Origin: Candidatus Tayloriibacteriota bacterium
GTDB lineage: Bacteria; Patescibacteriota; Minisyncoccia; Phycocordibacterales; PALSA-1337
NCBI GenBank assembly: GCA_037130865.1
Contig: JBAXSG010000003.1
Span: 1 to 63,618, forward strand
DNA length: 63,618 bases
Direction: 5' to 3'
In this document: positions 47,250 through 56,559 of the stretch, one piece after another
Layout of the letters: each line of letters opens with the position of its first letter
How positions within the stretch are numbered: the first letter of the stretch is position 1
Made by a program: the position numbers and the translations under genes
The notes under the pieces: generated by a model
Database searches by the model: none
Told to the model about the DNA's origin: nothing
Seen by the model: the letters and a program-made list of their open reading frames with translations, nothing else

Positions 47250-47492
47250 CTACGACGACTTCAACTTGCGGCGAGGTTGGACCGGATCTCCTTTTTCATA
47301 AGAATCACATGTCCCAAACTGGTCTACCTCATCGCAATAGCTCGGCTTTGCTGGATCGATACAGGCCAATCTGCATGCAAGAATGGGGTTGTTTGTGCCT
47401 TCTCGAACCATTCCAAGATAACGATTCTTGCAGTTGTGACAACCGTATGGAATATTTTGAACACAATAGTTGACTACGTTTCGTGGCAACAT
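47250..47492 (-). CDS. Small Cys-rich hypothetical protein (8 Cys in 80 aa)
   Basis: Strong SD (GGGAGGTGG) upstream on the minus strand, terminator downstream. Confidence 0.5.
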   Translation of the reverse strand: MLPRNVVNYCVQNIPYGCHNCKNRYLGMVREGTNNPILACRLACIDPAKPSYCDEVDQFGTCDSYEKGDPVQPRRKLKSS

Positions 47493-47529
47493 TATACCAC
47501 CTCCCTTCTATTATCCAGACTAGCACTTA

Positions 47530-48459
47530 TTACTTAAAAGTCCACCTCGCAAATATTCCGCAAGGCAAAGAACGACCAGTGGCGCCACTAGCGCCGTCGG
47601 CTCCGGATTTTTCAGTAAGAGTTAATTCCCCTTTTTCGATCTTGCCACCATACTTGGCGACCAAAGGTCGCAAGGCATTCTCATACGCCATAGCGGAATA
47701 TCCGGCGGCGTAGCCATTTACAAGGAAAAAGAGCGGGCCGGAAGTTGGCGTTTTATCCGCCAAGATAGAGTAGCAAGCCTCGATAAGCTTCATGAAATCC
47801 TCCTCGAGCTTCCAAACTTCATTGTCAGGACCATGACCAAATGATGGCGGATCCATGATGATTCCGTGATATTTGCGGCCACGCTTGATCTCACGCTTCA
47901 CGAAAGCACGCGCATCGTCGAGTATCCATCTAACCGGCTTTTTTTCGAGACCAGAGAGCTCTGCATTTTCACGAGCCCAAGTGATAGCCGCTTTCGATCC
48001 ATCTATATGTACAACCTTTGCTCCGGCTTGCGCACATGCTAGCGTAGCGCCGCCAGTATAACCGAAGAGATTCAGGACTTCGATATCGGCTGACGCCGCA
48101 TCCGTGTCCAATTGTCCAATTGTTCCTTTGTTAAATTGTTTAATTTTTTCCCTCATCCAATCCCAATTTGTCGCCTGTTCCGGAAATAATCCTACATGTT
48201 TAAAAGGTGTAGGCTTTATCCAAAATTTCAATCCAGAAAAATCTATACTCCAACGAGATGGCAAACCGGCCTTAAGCGACCAGCCGCCGCTGTTGCCGCC
48301 ACTTTTCTCGTCACGTGTGAAAGTTCCATCTGCTTTTTTCCATTCTTCCTCCGACAAAAGTTTGCGCCACAAAGCTTGTGGATCTGGACGCGCCAAAACA
48401 TATTCGCCGAAGCGTTCAAGTTTCTCGCCATCACCAGAATCTATAAGTTCGTAGTCCAT
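47530..48459 (-). CDS. Class I SAM-dependent (rRNA) methyltransferase, RlmI/RlmK-like
   Basis: LNLFGYTGGATLACAQAGAKVVHIDGS, IIMDPPSFG. Start taken at MDYELIDSGDG, inside the longer ORF. Confidence 0.8.
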   Translation of the reverse strand: MDYELIDSGDGEKLERFGEYVLARPDPQALWRKLLSEEEWKKADGTFTRDEKSGGNSGGWSLKAGLPSRWSIDFSGLKFWIKPTPFKHVGLFPEQATNWDWMREKIKQFNKGTIGQLDTDAASADIEVLNLFGYTGGATLACAQAGAKVVHIDGSKAAITWARENAELSGLEKKPVRWILDDARAFVKREIKRGRKYHGIIMDPPSFGHGPDNEVWKLEEDFMKLIEACYSILADKTPTSGPLFFLVNGYAAGYSAMAYENALRPLVAKYGGKIEKGELTLTEKSGADGASGATGRSLPCGIFARWTFK

Positions 48460-48944
48460 TGATATTTGCGCAAAGCCACGCAGGCCAAGATAAATAGCGT
48501 GGTCGAAGTCAGGGCTGAGCCTAGACAGTATGCACAATAGGAATGTATCACAAAAATCTGCAAAAAGGTGAACCACAGCGAAGCAATAAATCCGAACACT
48601 GTTATGAGTAGAGAATATCTAAATATCTTTTCATGCTTCCCTTCTAGATATGCCAAAGCTCCAGCAGCCACGAGGATATAAAATAATGCTCCAGGCAATG
48701 ACACTGGTATGCCGAGAACTTCCGAGTAGGAGCTGCTCAAAACCTGTTCACATCCAGAAGTTATACTACAAGGCGGTGTTACACCTTGAAAATGTTCAAT
48801 CGCTAAATATGAAGCGTCGGCAAAGCCAATAAGTGCTACCACCAATATAGCAATAGCTATACTAGAGTGAACTGGACGAAGCGGCTTGATCAATAAGTTT
48901 TTTAAAGTCTGCATAACTTGAAGGATTAACGATAGCTTTACCAT
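48441..48944 (-). CDS. Vitamin K epoxide reductase (VKOR) family membrane protein
   Basis: 167 aa. Loop Cys pair CSITSGC, active-site CAYC within TM helices. Start uncertain because the ORF overlaps the upstream DsbA-like ORF. Confidence 0.75.
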   Translation of the reverse strand: MVKLSLILQVMQTLKNLLIKPLRPVHSSIAIAILVVALIGFADASYLAIEHFQGVTPPCSITSGCEQVLSSSYSEVLGIPVSLPGALFYILVAAGALAYLEGKHEKIFRYSLLITVFGFIASLWFTFLQIFVIHSYCAYCLGSALTSTTLFILACVALRKYQWTTNL

Positions 48945-49533
48945 TGATAAAAAATGTCGGCGTAGAGTTTATGCCCGCAATCTGACCACTCTCTAAGTCA
49001 GCGTCTATATGTGCTACCAAAGCAGGATTTTTGATATCAGCTGTAAACTTCGCTATATCCAATCCTAGAGAAGTCGCATAACCTACAAAAATCGGTGAAG
49101 AATTTGCAAGTTCTGTCCACTCTGCGTGATTCTTGAAGAGAAGCTCATACATCTCCCAGAATTTACCCTGCAAACCAGCGGCTTCAGCAGCCATGGCGGC
49201 TGGTCTAGCATTTGCGTGTTGTGACAGTGGAAAATGTCTATAAATGAAACGCAAAGTGGTTGTCGGTTCGTCCTGCAAGAGCTTTGCCACAGAATAATAA
49301 AAGACCTCACAAGCTGGACACTGGAAATCACTATACTCTATAAGAGTCACCTTTGCATTTACATAACCTGTTGTAGGATTCTGACCATATACATGATCGC
49401 TCGACAATACAGGAGATACTGTTCCGATAGGAACGCCATTTACAGCTACAGGTCTATTCATGGCCACGACCAAACCCCAGACGATAAGCGCCAGGATAAT
49501 CAAGAAGCAAATCCAAAAGATGATGCGTTTCAT
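48862..49533 (-). CDS. DsbA-family thiol:disulfide oxidoreductase
   Basis: 223 aa. N-terminal TM/signal, thioredoxin-fold CPAC motif (YSDFQCPACEVF). Confidence 0.85.
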   Translation of the reverse strand: MKRIIFWICFLIILALIVWGLVVAMNRPVAVNGVPIGTVSPVLSSDHVYGQNPTTGYVNAKVTLIEYSDFQCPACEVFYYSVAKLLQDEPTTTLRFIYRHFPLSQHANARPAAMAAEAAGLQGKFWEMYELLFKNHAEWTELANSSPIFVGYATSLGLDIAKFTADIKNPALVAHIDADLESGQIAGINSTPTFFINGKAIVNPSSYADFKKLIDQAASSSSL

Positions 49534-49539
49534 GTCTGT

Positions 49540-50079
49540 CTATAGATAAAATTCACCACTATAAGCAAAAGGAACCTCTTTCATGGTGGATGTCCCCTTA
49601 ACGCCTTGTATCAATACAGTATATGGCTCTTTCGATGCTTTCACCGATAAGCTTATCGTCGTCGATCCAACTGTTGTCGTTGCTTTAACTGTCTTCGAAG
49701 CGGCATTGCCTTTCGAATCCAACAATAAAAGTGCAACCTGTTTTGAAGTAAAATCCGGTGATGTGTTCCATACAACCTTTACTGATGACTTAAGATTGAT
49801 ATGATCCCCTTGTTTAGGAGATACCACTTGTATACTGTCAGACTTTTTGGCTCCAAGAATATCTTGAAGAGTACAATCTGAAATCCTACACATACCACGG
49901 CTTGATTGTAATAGTGTCTCTTGTGAGAACTGGTACAACTGTGACTGGGTTTCATTCATCTTCTCTACTACCATACCAACGTAAAATGCCATGGCTGGTA
50001 GAACTCCAATAAATATAATTATTGCCCAAAATCTTGAATGTGGAGTGACTTTGTCCCAGATGATGTTTATCTCTTTCAT
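49540..50079 (-). CDS. Membrane-anchored hypothetical protein
   Basis: 179 aa, one TM (FWAIIIFIGVLPAMAFYVGMVV), beta-rich C-terminal domain. Confidence 0.55.
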   Translation of the reverse strand: MKEINIIWDKVTPHSRFWAIIIFIGVLPAMAFYVGMVVEKMNETQSQLYQFSQETLLQSSRGMCRISDCTLQDILGAKKSDSIQVVSPKQGDHINLKSSVKVVWNTSPDFTSKQVALLLLDSKGNAASKTVKATTTVGSTTISLSVKASKEPYTVLIQGVKGTSTMKEVPFAYSGEFYL

Positions 50080-50097
50080 ATAAAATATTACTTCGCT

Positions 50098-50397
50098 TTA
50101 GTTTACTTTAGTTTTTGATACGATGTTCTGTGTAGGAGAAACCTGCATGTAGGAACGTGGTGGTAATTTGGTGACTACTTTGGAAGTTTTTGAGTAAGAG
50201 AAAAATAGTATAGCAGTAGCAATGACACATATACCCAGTACCACTATAAGAAATATGTCTGCTGCTTTTTCATCTTTAGCAAAACCATACTTCATGAGCA
50301 ATCTGACAAGAGAAGAACCCTTCTTCTTGTTCTGTTGTGCCTGAACACCGCTCGAGGTGTTAATCAAAGGATTTTCGTCTAAAATTTCTACTGACAT
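50098..50397 (-). CDS. Small membrane protein, hypothetical
   Basis: 99 aa with one TM (IFLIVVLGICVIATAILFF). Confidence 0.45.
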   Translation of the reverse strand: MSVEILDENPLINTSSGVQAQQNKKKGSSLVRLLMKYGFAKDEKAADIFLIVVLGICVIATAILFFSYSKTSKVVTKLPPRSYMQVSPTQNIVSKTKVN

Positions 50398-50434
50398 ATA
50401 TGTATATTATAACAGATTCTCTACAAAAGCTCAT

Positions 50435-50794
50435 CTACTGGATAAGTCCGCCAAGGTCCAAACTCGCATTGTCTATGGCTGTCTGGACGATATTTCTGGT
50501 CCAGACCACAGCGAACCAATATGTAAATACTGTGGACAAAATAAGGAGTGTTAATGCTATAACCCCAATAGATTTGGACTTCTTATCACCAGATCTTATA
50601 TATTTTAACCCTTTCCATCTGGTTACCATGATGAAACAGATGGATGGAAGAATGATACTGAATAAATATAGACCAACTTGAGACCAGAAAGAAGTAGACA
50701 GCGGCCTTTCTTGAAGACCGTGCCCGCAATTTGGACAGAAATAATATTGTGGAAGTATTGGTTGGTGACAGACAGGACAATCTATAGGATTCAT
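50435..50794 (-). CDS. Zinc-ribbon membrane protein
   Basis: 119 aa. CPVCHQP...FCPNCGH followed by two TM helices. Confidence 0.6.
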   Translation of the reverse strand: MNPIDCPVCHQPILPQYYFCPNCGHGLQERPLSTSFWSQVGLYLFSIILPSICFIMVTRWKGLKYIRSGDKKSKSIGVIALTLLILSTVFTYWFAVVWTRNIVQTAIDNASLDLGGLIQ

Positions 50795-52803
50795 CCGTTG
50801 ATTATAGCAAACTCCAAGATCTTTTTATCGAGGTCGGCCGATATAACTTTGAAGGTTATGGCGTCGCCGAGAGTAAACTTCTGTTTCGTCTTCTCACCGA
50901 CTATAGAATAAGTCTTATCATTGAAGACGAAATAATCCGTGCCAATCTTTGAAATAGGAATCATACCTTCGGACTTAGTTTCCTTTTCCTGAACATATAT
51001 TCCCCACTTAGTCACACCGGAGATGTTACCTTCGAAGACCTGACCGACTCGTTCGCTCATATATTCGACTTGCTTGAGTTTCTTCGAAGCACGCTCGGCT
51101 TCGGAGGCATTGATCTCGCGTTCGGTTGAGCTCTCCGCCATCTTCTGCAAAGCCACAATCTCACGATCTCCAAAAGGTTCATTTTTGAGATGACGAGCCA
51201 ATATACGCTGAACAAGTAGGTCCGGATAACGACGAATCGGCGAAGTAAAGTGTGTGTAGAAAGAGAAAGCCAAACCGAAGTGGCCAACATTTTTTGTGGA
51301 ATAAACAGCCTTCTGCATAGAACGGATTGTCGCGGTGCGTATAAGCGATTCGTGTGGTGTATCTTCGATCTGGTCCAATAGATGGTTTATATCGTGAGCC
51401 GTGACTTCGCCATTTTTCAATCGAAGCTCATAACCAAGCGCCTTCACAAAAGTGGCTAGGTTTGCGATCTTTTCTTTGTCTGGAACATCATGAATACGAT
51501 AAATAGCACCGGTGTCACGCTTCCCTTTCTTCTTTATGGAATCAAATATATACTTTGCAACTTCTCTGTTTGCAAGAAGCATGTATTCCTCGACTAGTTT
51601 GTGTGTATCCAAACGCTCCTTAGCATAGACGCCGATCGGCTTGCCTTTTTCATCCAGACGAAACTTGATTTCTTCTTGCTCAAACTCAATGGCTCCTTGA
51701 GAAGCATTTTGCTTACGCAATGTCTTCGCTAGGCGGTTCAAGGTGACGAGTTCATCGTGGTATTTTGCGCCTTCAAATATATCCGTGCCGGATTTTCCAT
51801 CTATCACTTCTTGAGCATTTTCATATGTAAATCTCTGATCAGAGTTGATGACAGTCCTACCAAACCATCGTGAATGCACTTTTGCATGTTCATCTATAGT
51901 GAATATTGCTGAAAAAGTAAGCTTGTCTTCATGTGGATTCAAGCTACAGACATCATTTGAGAGGACTTCCGGCAACATGGGAATTGTGCGGTCTACAAGA
52001 TATATAGAACAGCCGCGCTTCACAGCTTCCTTATCGAGTGCCGAGCCTTCACGAACATAGTGAGAAACATCGGCGATATGTACGCCAATCTCATAAAGTT
52101 GCGTACTTGGTGCTCCGTCGAGTTTTTTGAAAGAAATAGCATCATCGAAATCTTTTGCATCAAAAGGATCTATGGTAAATGTCAGAACTCCTCGCATATC
52201 TCTACGCTTAGAGATTTCCAGAGCGATAGATGCTTTGTCTGCTTCAATAGCTTCAGCTTCTTTCTCAACCGCGGCTGGAAAACCGATCTCAAATCCTTTA
52301 TCAAGGACGATCGACTCCATTTCCACATCATTAATACCCTTCTGGCCTAAAATGCGAACGATCTCACCGACAGGATTCTTCTTCGGATCAGTCCAAGGTT
52401 TCATTCGTACATAGACTTTGTCATCTTTCTTGGCCTTACCAGCCACAACGGAAATCGATACATACATCTTGCGATCATCGGCAACAACAACTAGACCATC
52501 ATTTACTGTACCGACAAAAAGTTCCTTGGAGCGCTGGATGACCTTGGTAACTTCTCCAATCTTCGTGGTAACACCGCGAATCTTCTTGGTCATAACCGTA
52601 AATTCAACAGTGTCTCCATTTAAAGCGGTGTTGAGTTTTCCTGGTTCTATATATACTGACTCTTTCTTCGGGTCTGGATCATCAATATAACCGGCGCCTT
52701 TTTGCGTCGTCGATATGACCCCCTTATGATTGTGGTATGTATTTTTATTCACCGGATGAATATAGCAAGTTAGCCCAATATGAGACGAATAGCTGCGCGG
52801 CAC
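50791..52803 (-). CDS. rnr: Ribonuclease R
   Basis: 670 aa. RNB catalytic region FTIDPFDAKDFDDAIS, C-terminal S1 domain. Confidence 0.92.
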   Translation of the reverse strand: MPRSYSSHIGLTCYIHPVNKNTYHNHKGVISTTQKGAGYIDDPDPKKESVYIEPGKLNTALNGDTVEFTVMTKKIRGVTTKIGEVTKVIQRSKELFVGTVNDGLVVVADDRKMYVSISVVAGKAKKDDKVYVRMKPWTDPKKNPVGEIVRILGQKGINDVEMESIVLDKGFEIGFPAAVEKEAEAIEADKASIALEISKRRDMRGVLTFTIDPFDAKDFDDAISFKKLDGAPSTQLYEIGVHIADVSHYVREGSALDKEAVKRGCSIYLVDRTIPMLPEVLSNDVCSLNPHEDKLTFSAIFTIDEHAKVHSRWFGRTVINSDQRFTYENAQEVIDGKSGTDIFEGAKYHDELVTLNRLAKTLRKQNASQGAIEFEQEEIKFRLDEKGKPIGVYAKERLDTHKLVEEYMLLANREVAKYIFDSIKKKGKRDTGAIYRIHDVPDKEKIANLATFVKALGYELRLKNGEVTAHDINHLLDQIEDTPHESLIRTATIRSMQKAVYSTKNVGHFGLAFSFYTHFTSPIRRYPDLLVQRILARHLKNEPFGDREIVALQKMAESSTEREINASEAERASKKLKQVEYMSERVGQVFEGNISGVTKWGIYVQEKETKSEGMIPISKIGTDYFVFNDKTYSIVGEKTKQKFTLGDAITFKVISADLDKKILEFAIING

Positions 52804-53051
52804 ATGTCTGGAACAAGACCGCTGACGAATTTGTTATTGTCTTCGATCCTGACTTTCGTATGATTCTTAGGATATACAATGAAACCCCCTTCCATATATG
52901 CGATCTTATCTCCAGCAGCATTGAAAGCTTCTTTAGCTGAAAAATAAGCAACCTTTTTGCCAGTATGGTCGAATATATGAGTATCTTCAATCCATCCTAT
53001 CTTGATTCCTCCGCGTTTTATGTCGTTATCTATGATTTGAATCATGTGCAA
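52770..53051 (-). CDS. Hypothetical protein
   Basis: 93-aa ORF co-directional with rnr. No recognisable motif. Confidence 0.4.
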   Translation of the reverse strand: MHMIQIIDNDIKRGGIKIGWIEDTHIFDHTGKKVAYFSAKEAFNAAGDKIAYMEGGFIVYPKNHTKVRIEDNNKFVSGLVPDMCRAAIRLILG

Positions 53052-53152
53052 ACTATAGCATTATAAACCCTTTTAGTCTATAAGGTAGTCATAAGATAAG
53101 CAAAATCCCCCACTACGAGGGATTTTACTAAGTATCCAAACCAAAAATAGTC

Positions 53153-53254
53153 TTAACGACCTCTCTTGGCAGTACGCTTCTTTGATTTCTTTGTTGTCTT
53201 CTTGGCAACCTTCTTGCTCTTTGTAACGCGAGATTTAGAATTTTTCTTTTTCAT
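53153..53254 (-). CDS. 33-aa highly basic peptide (hypothetical)
   Basis: MKKKNSKSRVTKSKKVAKKTTKKSKKRTAKRGR, found by hand. Followed by the hairpin AAAATCCC..GGGGATTTT (53102-53126). Confidence 0.3.
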   Translation of the reverse strand: MKKKNSKSRVTKSKKVAKKTTKKSKKRTAKRGR

Positions 53255-53416
53255 TTTGATTTGATGCGATCTGTGTCGCATGTGAGTATTCATTTTTAAA
53301 CAGAATAAATTATTTCTTCGACATGTATGCGCTTCCGCACAAAAATAATTTCTGACTACTGTTGATTATGACAGTATGTACAGATAATGCAATGTGTGTA
53401 TAACAAAAAAGTGGTT

Positions 53417-53668
53417 TTATATATTTGAGATTAGGTTATTACTCTTCAAATATTCCAAAACTTGTTCTTTGTCTGAGTCGGCAATAATATAACCGTCGAT
53501 ATCTAGAGTCGGCGTCTTTGTCTGGCCTGATTTTTTTACAAGCTCATCAAAATATACTTTATTGGCAAGCACTTCACGCTCTTCATAAGCGATATTATTT
53601 TCTGCAAACAACTTCAATACCCCGGCACACCACGGACAACCTGTTTTTGTATACAGAATTATTTTCAT
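53417..53668 (-). CDS. Glutaredoxin/NrdH-like thioredoxin-fold protein
   Basis: 83 aa. KIILYTKTGCPWCAGV (CPWC). Confidence 0.8.
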   Translation of the reverse strand: MKIILYTKTGCPWCAGVLKLFAENNIAYEEREVLANKVYFDELVKKSGQTKTPTLDIDGYIIADSDKEQVLEYLKSNNLISNI

Positions 53669-53867
53669 ACTCCAAGTATAGCAGAAGTTATATTCCTAAA
53701 TGGTGTCACTATCTAAACTTTATTATAACCGTGCTAGAAAATAGAGAATATATGGCTAACTTGCAGACACAATTGAACTCGATTAAACAGTTTTTAGTTT
53801 TGTGAGTTATATATACAAAAAACTGAAAACTAATGGCATATAGGGTGTGATTCGGTTTATTGATTAC

Positions 53868-54635
53868 TTAATCGATGAGTGTTAATATCCCAGCCTTATA
53901 AACATCCCTCTTTACTAATTCTCTTCGCGCTTTCTGCTGGATATGGCTATCGTCTCCTACGGTCTGGCCCTTTATTAGATTATCACTCACATATAAAAGA
54001 GCTGCACTTGGAACATTAAAATGTTTAGAGACAGAGAAGGTTGTTGCGGTCTCCATCTCTACACCGTAATACCCTTTTTCCGACCAAGATTTCACATCCT
54101 CCCACGTCTCTCCCATCATTGCCTGATTAGTTATTATTGGACCATTCCATACTTTATGATTATTAGGAACATTATCCTTTAGTTTCTTGACGAGCGAAGT
54201 ATCCGCATAATGTTTGAAATCTTTTGCATCTGGTTCATAAGTTCTGGTCGTGCTCTCATTTCCATAACTCCAAGTCGGCAGGATTAATTCCATATTATCG
54301 ATTTTTGATGAAAGACCACCGCAACTACCTATGTGAATATTCTTCTTTGAACCAAATAGACAAGCAAGATGTGTCATTTCGGAAAGAAGAGCTCCGCCAT
54401 ACATGACTGTAAACCAATATTTCTTGCTACCGATATTTATTTCAAATATATGTTCTAGAAAACCGTGTAATTTACCAACGGAAAATTCAATATTCAATTC
54501 TTTTAATACATCCTTGATATTTGTGCGTTGTTTTTCAATATCCCATGCGCCATATGACAAAAATCCATCTACCACATAATCTTCTGGTAACTCAAACATT
54601 TTTCTAAAATCTGAACGGGTAAAGGTCTTATACAT
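53868..54635 (-). CDS. Nucleoside phosphorylase family protein (PNP/UDP type)
   Basis: IHIGSCGGL and YYGVEMETA motifs. Start taken at MYKTFTRSDF. Confidence 0.75.
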   Translation of the reverse strand: MYKTFTRSDFRKMFELPEDYVVDGFLSYGAWDIEKQRTNIKDVLKELNIEFSVGKLHGFLEHIFEINIGSKKYWFTVMYGGALLSEMTHLACLFGSKKNIHIGSCGGLSSKIDNMELILPTWSYGNESTTRTYEPDAKDFKHYADTSLVKKLKDNVPNNHKVWNGPIITNQAMMGETWEDVKSWSEKGYYGVEMETATTFSVSKHFNVPSAALLYVSDNLIKGQTVGDDSHIQQKARRELVKRDVYKAGILTLID

Positions 54636-54711
54636 GAAAAAAGTATAACACAAGTTCAATTCCTGTTAGTACCCTTCTATAAGACGCCTCAATAAGGCCT
54701 CGAAAAACGTG

Positions 54712-54783
54712 GGTGCCCAGAGAGAATCGAACTCTCGAGACCAGCTCCACAAGCTGGAGTTTTGCCACTAAACTATGGGCACC
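54712..54783 (-). tRNA. tRNA-His (GTG), with encoded G-1
   Basis: Cloverleaf by hand: G-1 + GTGCCCA/TGGGCAC acceptor, anticodon arm CCAGC-TTGTGGA-GCTGG, T arm GAGAG-TTCGATT-CTCTC, discriminator C. Confidence 0.85.
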
Positions 54784-54818
54784 ATATATTACTCATTAAT
54801 CACCGAAGTTGTGGACTA

Positions 54819-55382
54819 TCAATACTTCGGCGACACCTCATTTTTACCATAGATATGGTTACTTAGTCTAGTGAGTGCATAAAGCAATGAGGACAACCTA
54901 TTCAAATATGCGAGCATATTCCCGTCCACTTTCACCAGACCTTCTTCAGAAACAGCGATAACTCTGCGCTCTGCCCTACGTGCAAGTGTTCGTGCAAAGT
55001 CTAGTGAAGCCGCAAGTTCTGTACCGCCACTTATAAAAAAAGTTTTTATCGGTGGCAAAGTTTTTTCTATAGAATCAACCGTCGCCTCAATCTCTTTGAC
55101 GGAATTTTCGCTCACCATCTTCTCTGCCCCAGCAACTTCAGCTTGGATGATAAACAGGTTTTCTTGAGCCTGGTGAAGCATCGCCTCAAGTTTTTTCAGA
55201 TCAGCAACTTTTTGTTGACTAGCCATCACCTTCACCACACCCAAATACGAATTCACCTCATCCAAAACACCGAGCGCTTCAGCTATCGCCGAACTTTTCG
55301 AGATGCGTTGATCACAACCAAACTTGCCACCGCCGGACGCAAGTCCCGTCGTACCATCGTCACCTTTTCGTGTATATAACAT
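54819..55382 (-). CDS. ATP:cob(I)alamin adenosyltransferase, PduO type
   Basis: MLYTRKGDDGTTGL start. The longer ORF to 55430 overlaps the tRNA-Leu gene and is rejected. Confidence 0.8.
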   Translation of the reverse strand: MLYTRKGDDGTTGLASGGGKFGCDQRISKSSAIAEALGVLDEVNSYLGVVKVMASQQKVADLKKLEAMLHQAQENLFIIQAEVAGAEKMVSENSVKEIEATVDSIEKTLPPIKTFFISGGTELAASLDFARTLARRAERRVIAVSEEGLVKVDGNMLAYLNRLSSLLYALTRLSNHIYGKNEVSPKY

Positions 55383-55383
55383 G

Positions 55384-55467
55384 TGCGCGGGAGAAGACTC
55401 GAACTTCCATGCCCAAATGGGCGCTACCACCTCAAGGTAGTGCGTCTACCAATTTCGCCACCCGCGC
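55384..55467 (-). tRNA. tRNA-Leu (GAG), class II with a long variable arm
   Basis: Acceptor GCGCGGG/CCCGCGC, anticodon arm CTACC-TTGAGGT-GGTAG, T arm GGAAG-TTCGAGT-CTTCT. Confidence 0.85.
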
Positions 55468-55613
55468 ATAATTAAAAGATCTAACCTGTTTATCTCTAAC
55501 TCGCCAATCATAGCGGAGATGGGGCTTATTTTCAACCTTTTTAAGTTTGGGCAACAACTTGACCTTTGGAGACGTTTGGAATAGTGTGGAGATAGAGAAA
55601 GGAGGCGGTGAAC

Positions 55614-56025
55614 ATGTTAGCAAAAAACAAGTTAGTAGTTTGTAAGTTTCCCGGTAATGATGTCTGGAAGATGTTATGTCCTACATGTAGGACATCCATC
55701 ACTTACGGTATATATGCATTGGTAACCGTCGATGACGAAGAAAAAAATAACTGGTGCTATAACTGATCCTTATGGATACCGTTGCAGTAACAAGAAATGC
55801 TCTGGTCCACGTTGGCTCAATGGCCCAATGTTGGCAAATAGCAAAGAAGAGGTCACCAAATACCTCAAGATAACATTCGTCTACTTGTCGCAGTTTGCGA
55901 AAGAAGTAGAAGTTATCCCGATCGAAACTGTTTCTTGCTTCTGGAATGCCCAGCCCATATACCTGCCAATCAAAAACATAGTGCTCGCGAAATCTGTTCC
56001 AAATCCACAAACAGTTCCGCGATAA
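55614..56025 (+). pseudogene. Cys-rich (zinc-ribbon-like) small protein gene split by a frameshift in an A7 run
   Basis: ORF a is 55614-55766, with SD GAAAGGAGG and peptide MLAKNKLVVCKFPGNDVWKMLCPTCRTS... ORF b is 55732..56025 (..YRCSNKKCSG..). They overlap at AAAAAAA (55741-55747), and loss of one A fuses them. A terminator follows at 56027-56068. Confidence 0.4.
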
Positions 56026-56090
56026 AACCGCCACTCCTCTCGAAGGATTGGCGGTTTCGGTTTTTTATTTGTATTTTATTTGAGATGCGC

Positions 56091-56519
56091 TTACTTAGCA
56101 GCTTCCTTCTTCTCTTCTGCGACTGGTGCTGCTGGTGCCTCTACTGCCTCTTCTTCATATTTAGCATTCATAGTGCGGCGCATCTGCTTACGAATCTCCT
56201 TGGCAGCCTCTTCACGTACGAAGTAAAGCTTTGCGCGGCGGACCTTGGAACGGCGAACCATTTCGACAGAGTCGATCATAGGAGAATATAGTGGGAATGT
56301 GCGCTCGACACCGATACCATCGATGACTTTGCGTACTGTAAATGTAGCACCTGCTTCTTTACCATGCTTACGTGCCAAAACAAGTCCTTCAAATGCTTGA
56401 AGACGGAATTTACCCTTGGCTTCCTCGATTTTCTGCCAGACACGGACAGTATCACCTGGACGGACGTCCAATTTCTTACGGAAATCTACATTTGCTGGGG
56501 TTATTACCTTGGTTGTCAT
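56091..56519 (-). CDS. rplS: 50S ribosomal protein L19 with an acidic/Ala-rich C-terminal extension
   Basis: 142 aa. [15 protein letters not shown]-type core ([30 protein letters not shown]). Confidence 0.93.
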   Translation of the reverse strand: MTTKVITPANVDFRKKLDVRPGDTVRVWQKIEEAKGKFRLQAFEGLVLARKHGKEAGATFTVRKVIDGIGVERTFPLYSPMIDSVEMVRRSKVRRAKLYFVREEAAKEIRKQMRRTMNAKYEEEAVEAPAAPVAEEKKEAAK

Positions 56520-56559
56520 AGTGGGGATAGATTAACACGGTCGCTTGGAAAACTCAAGT

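Noticed and set aside
55699-56034. 111-aa minus-strand ORF opposite the frameshifted Cys-rich gene
   Set aside because: Its GTG start lies inside the terminator hairpin, and the product is Trp/Phe/Arg-rich with unusual composition. The plus strand has a strong SD, Cys-pair motifs and a downstream terminator. The call remains uncertain.
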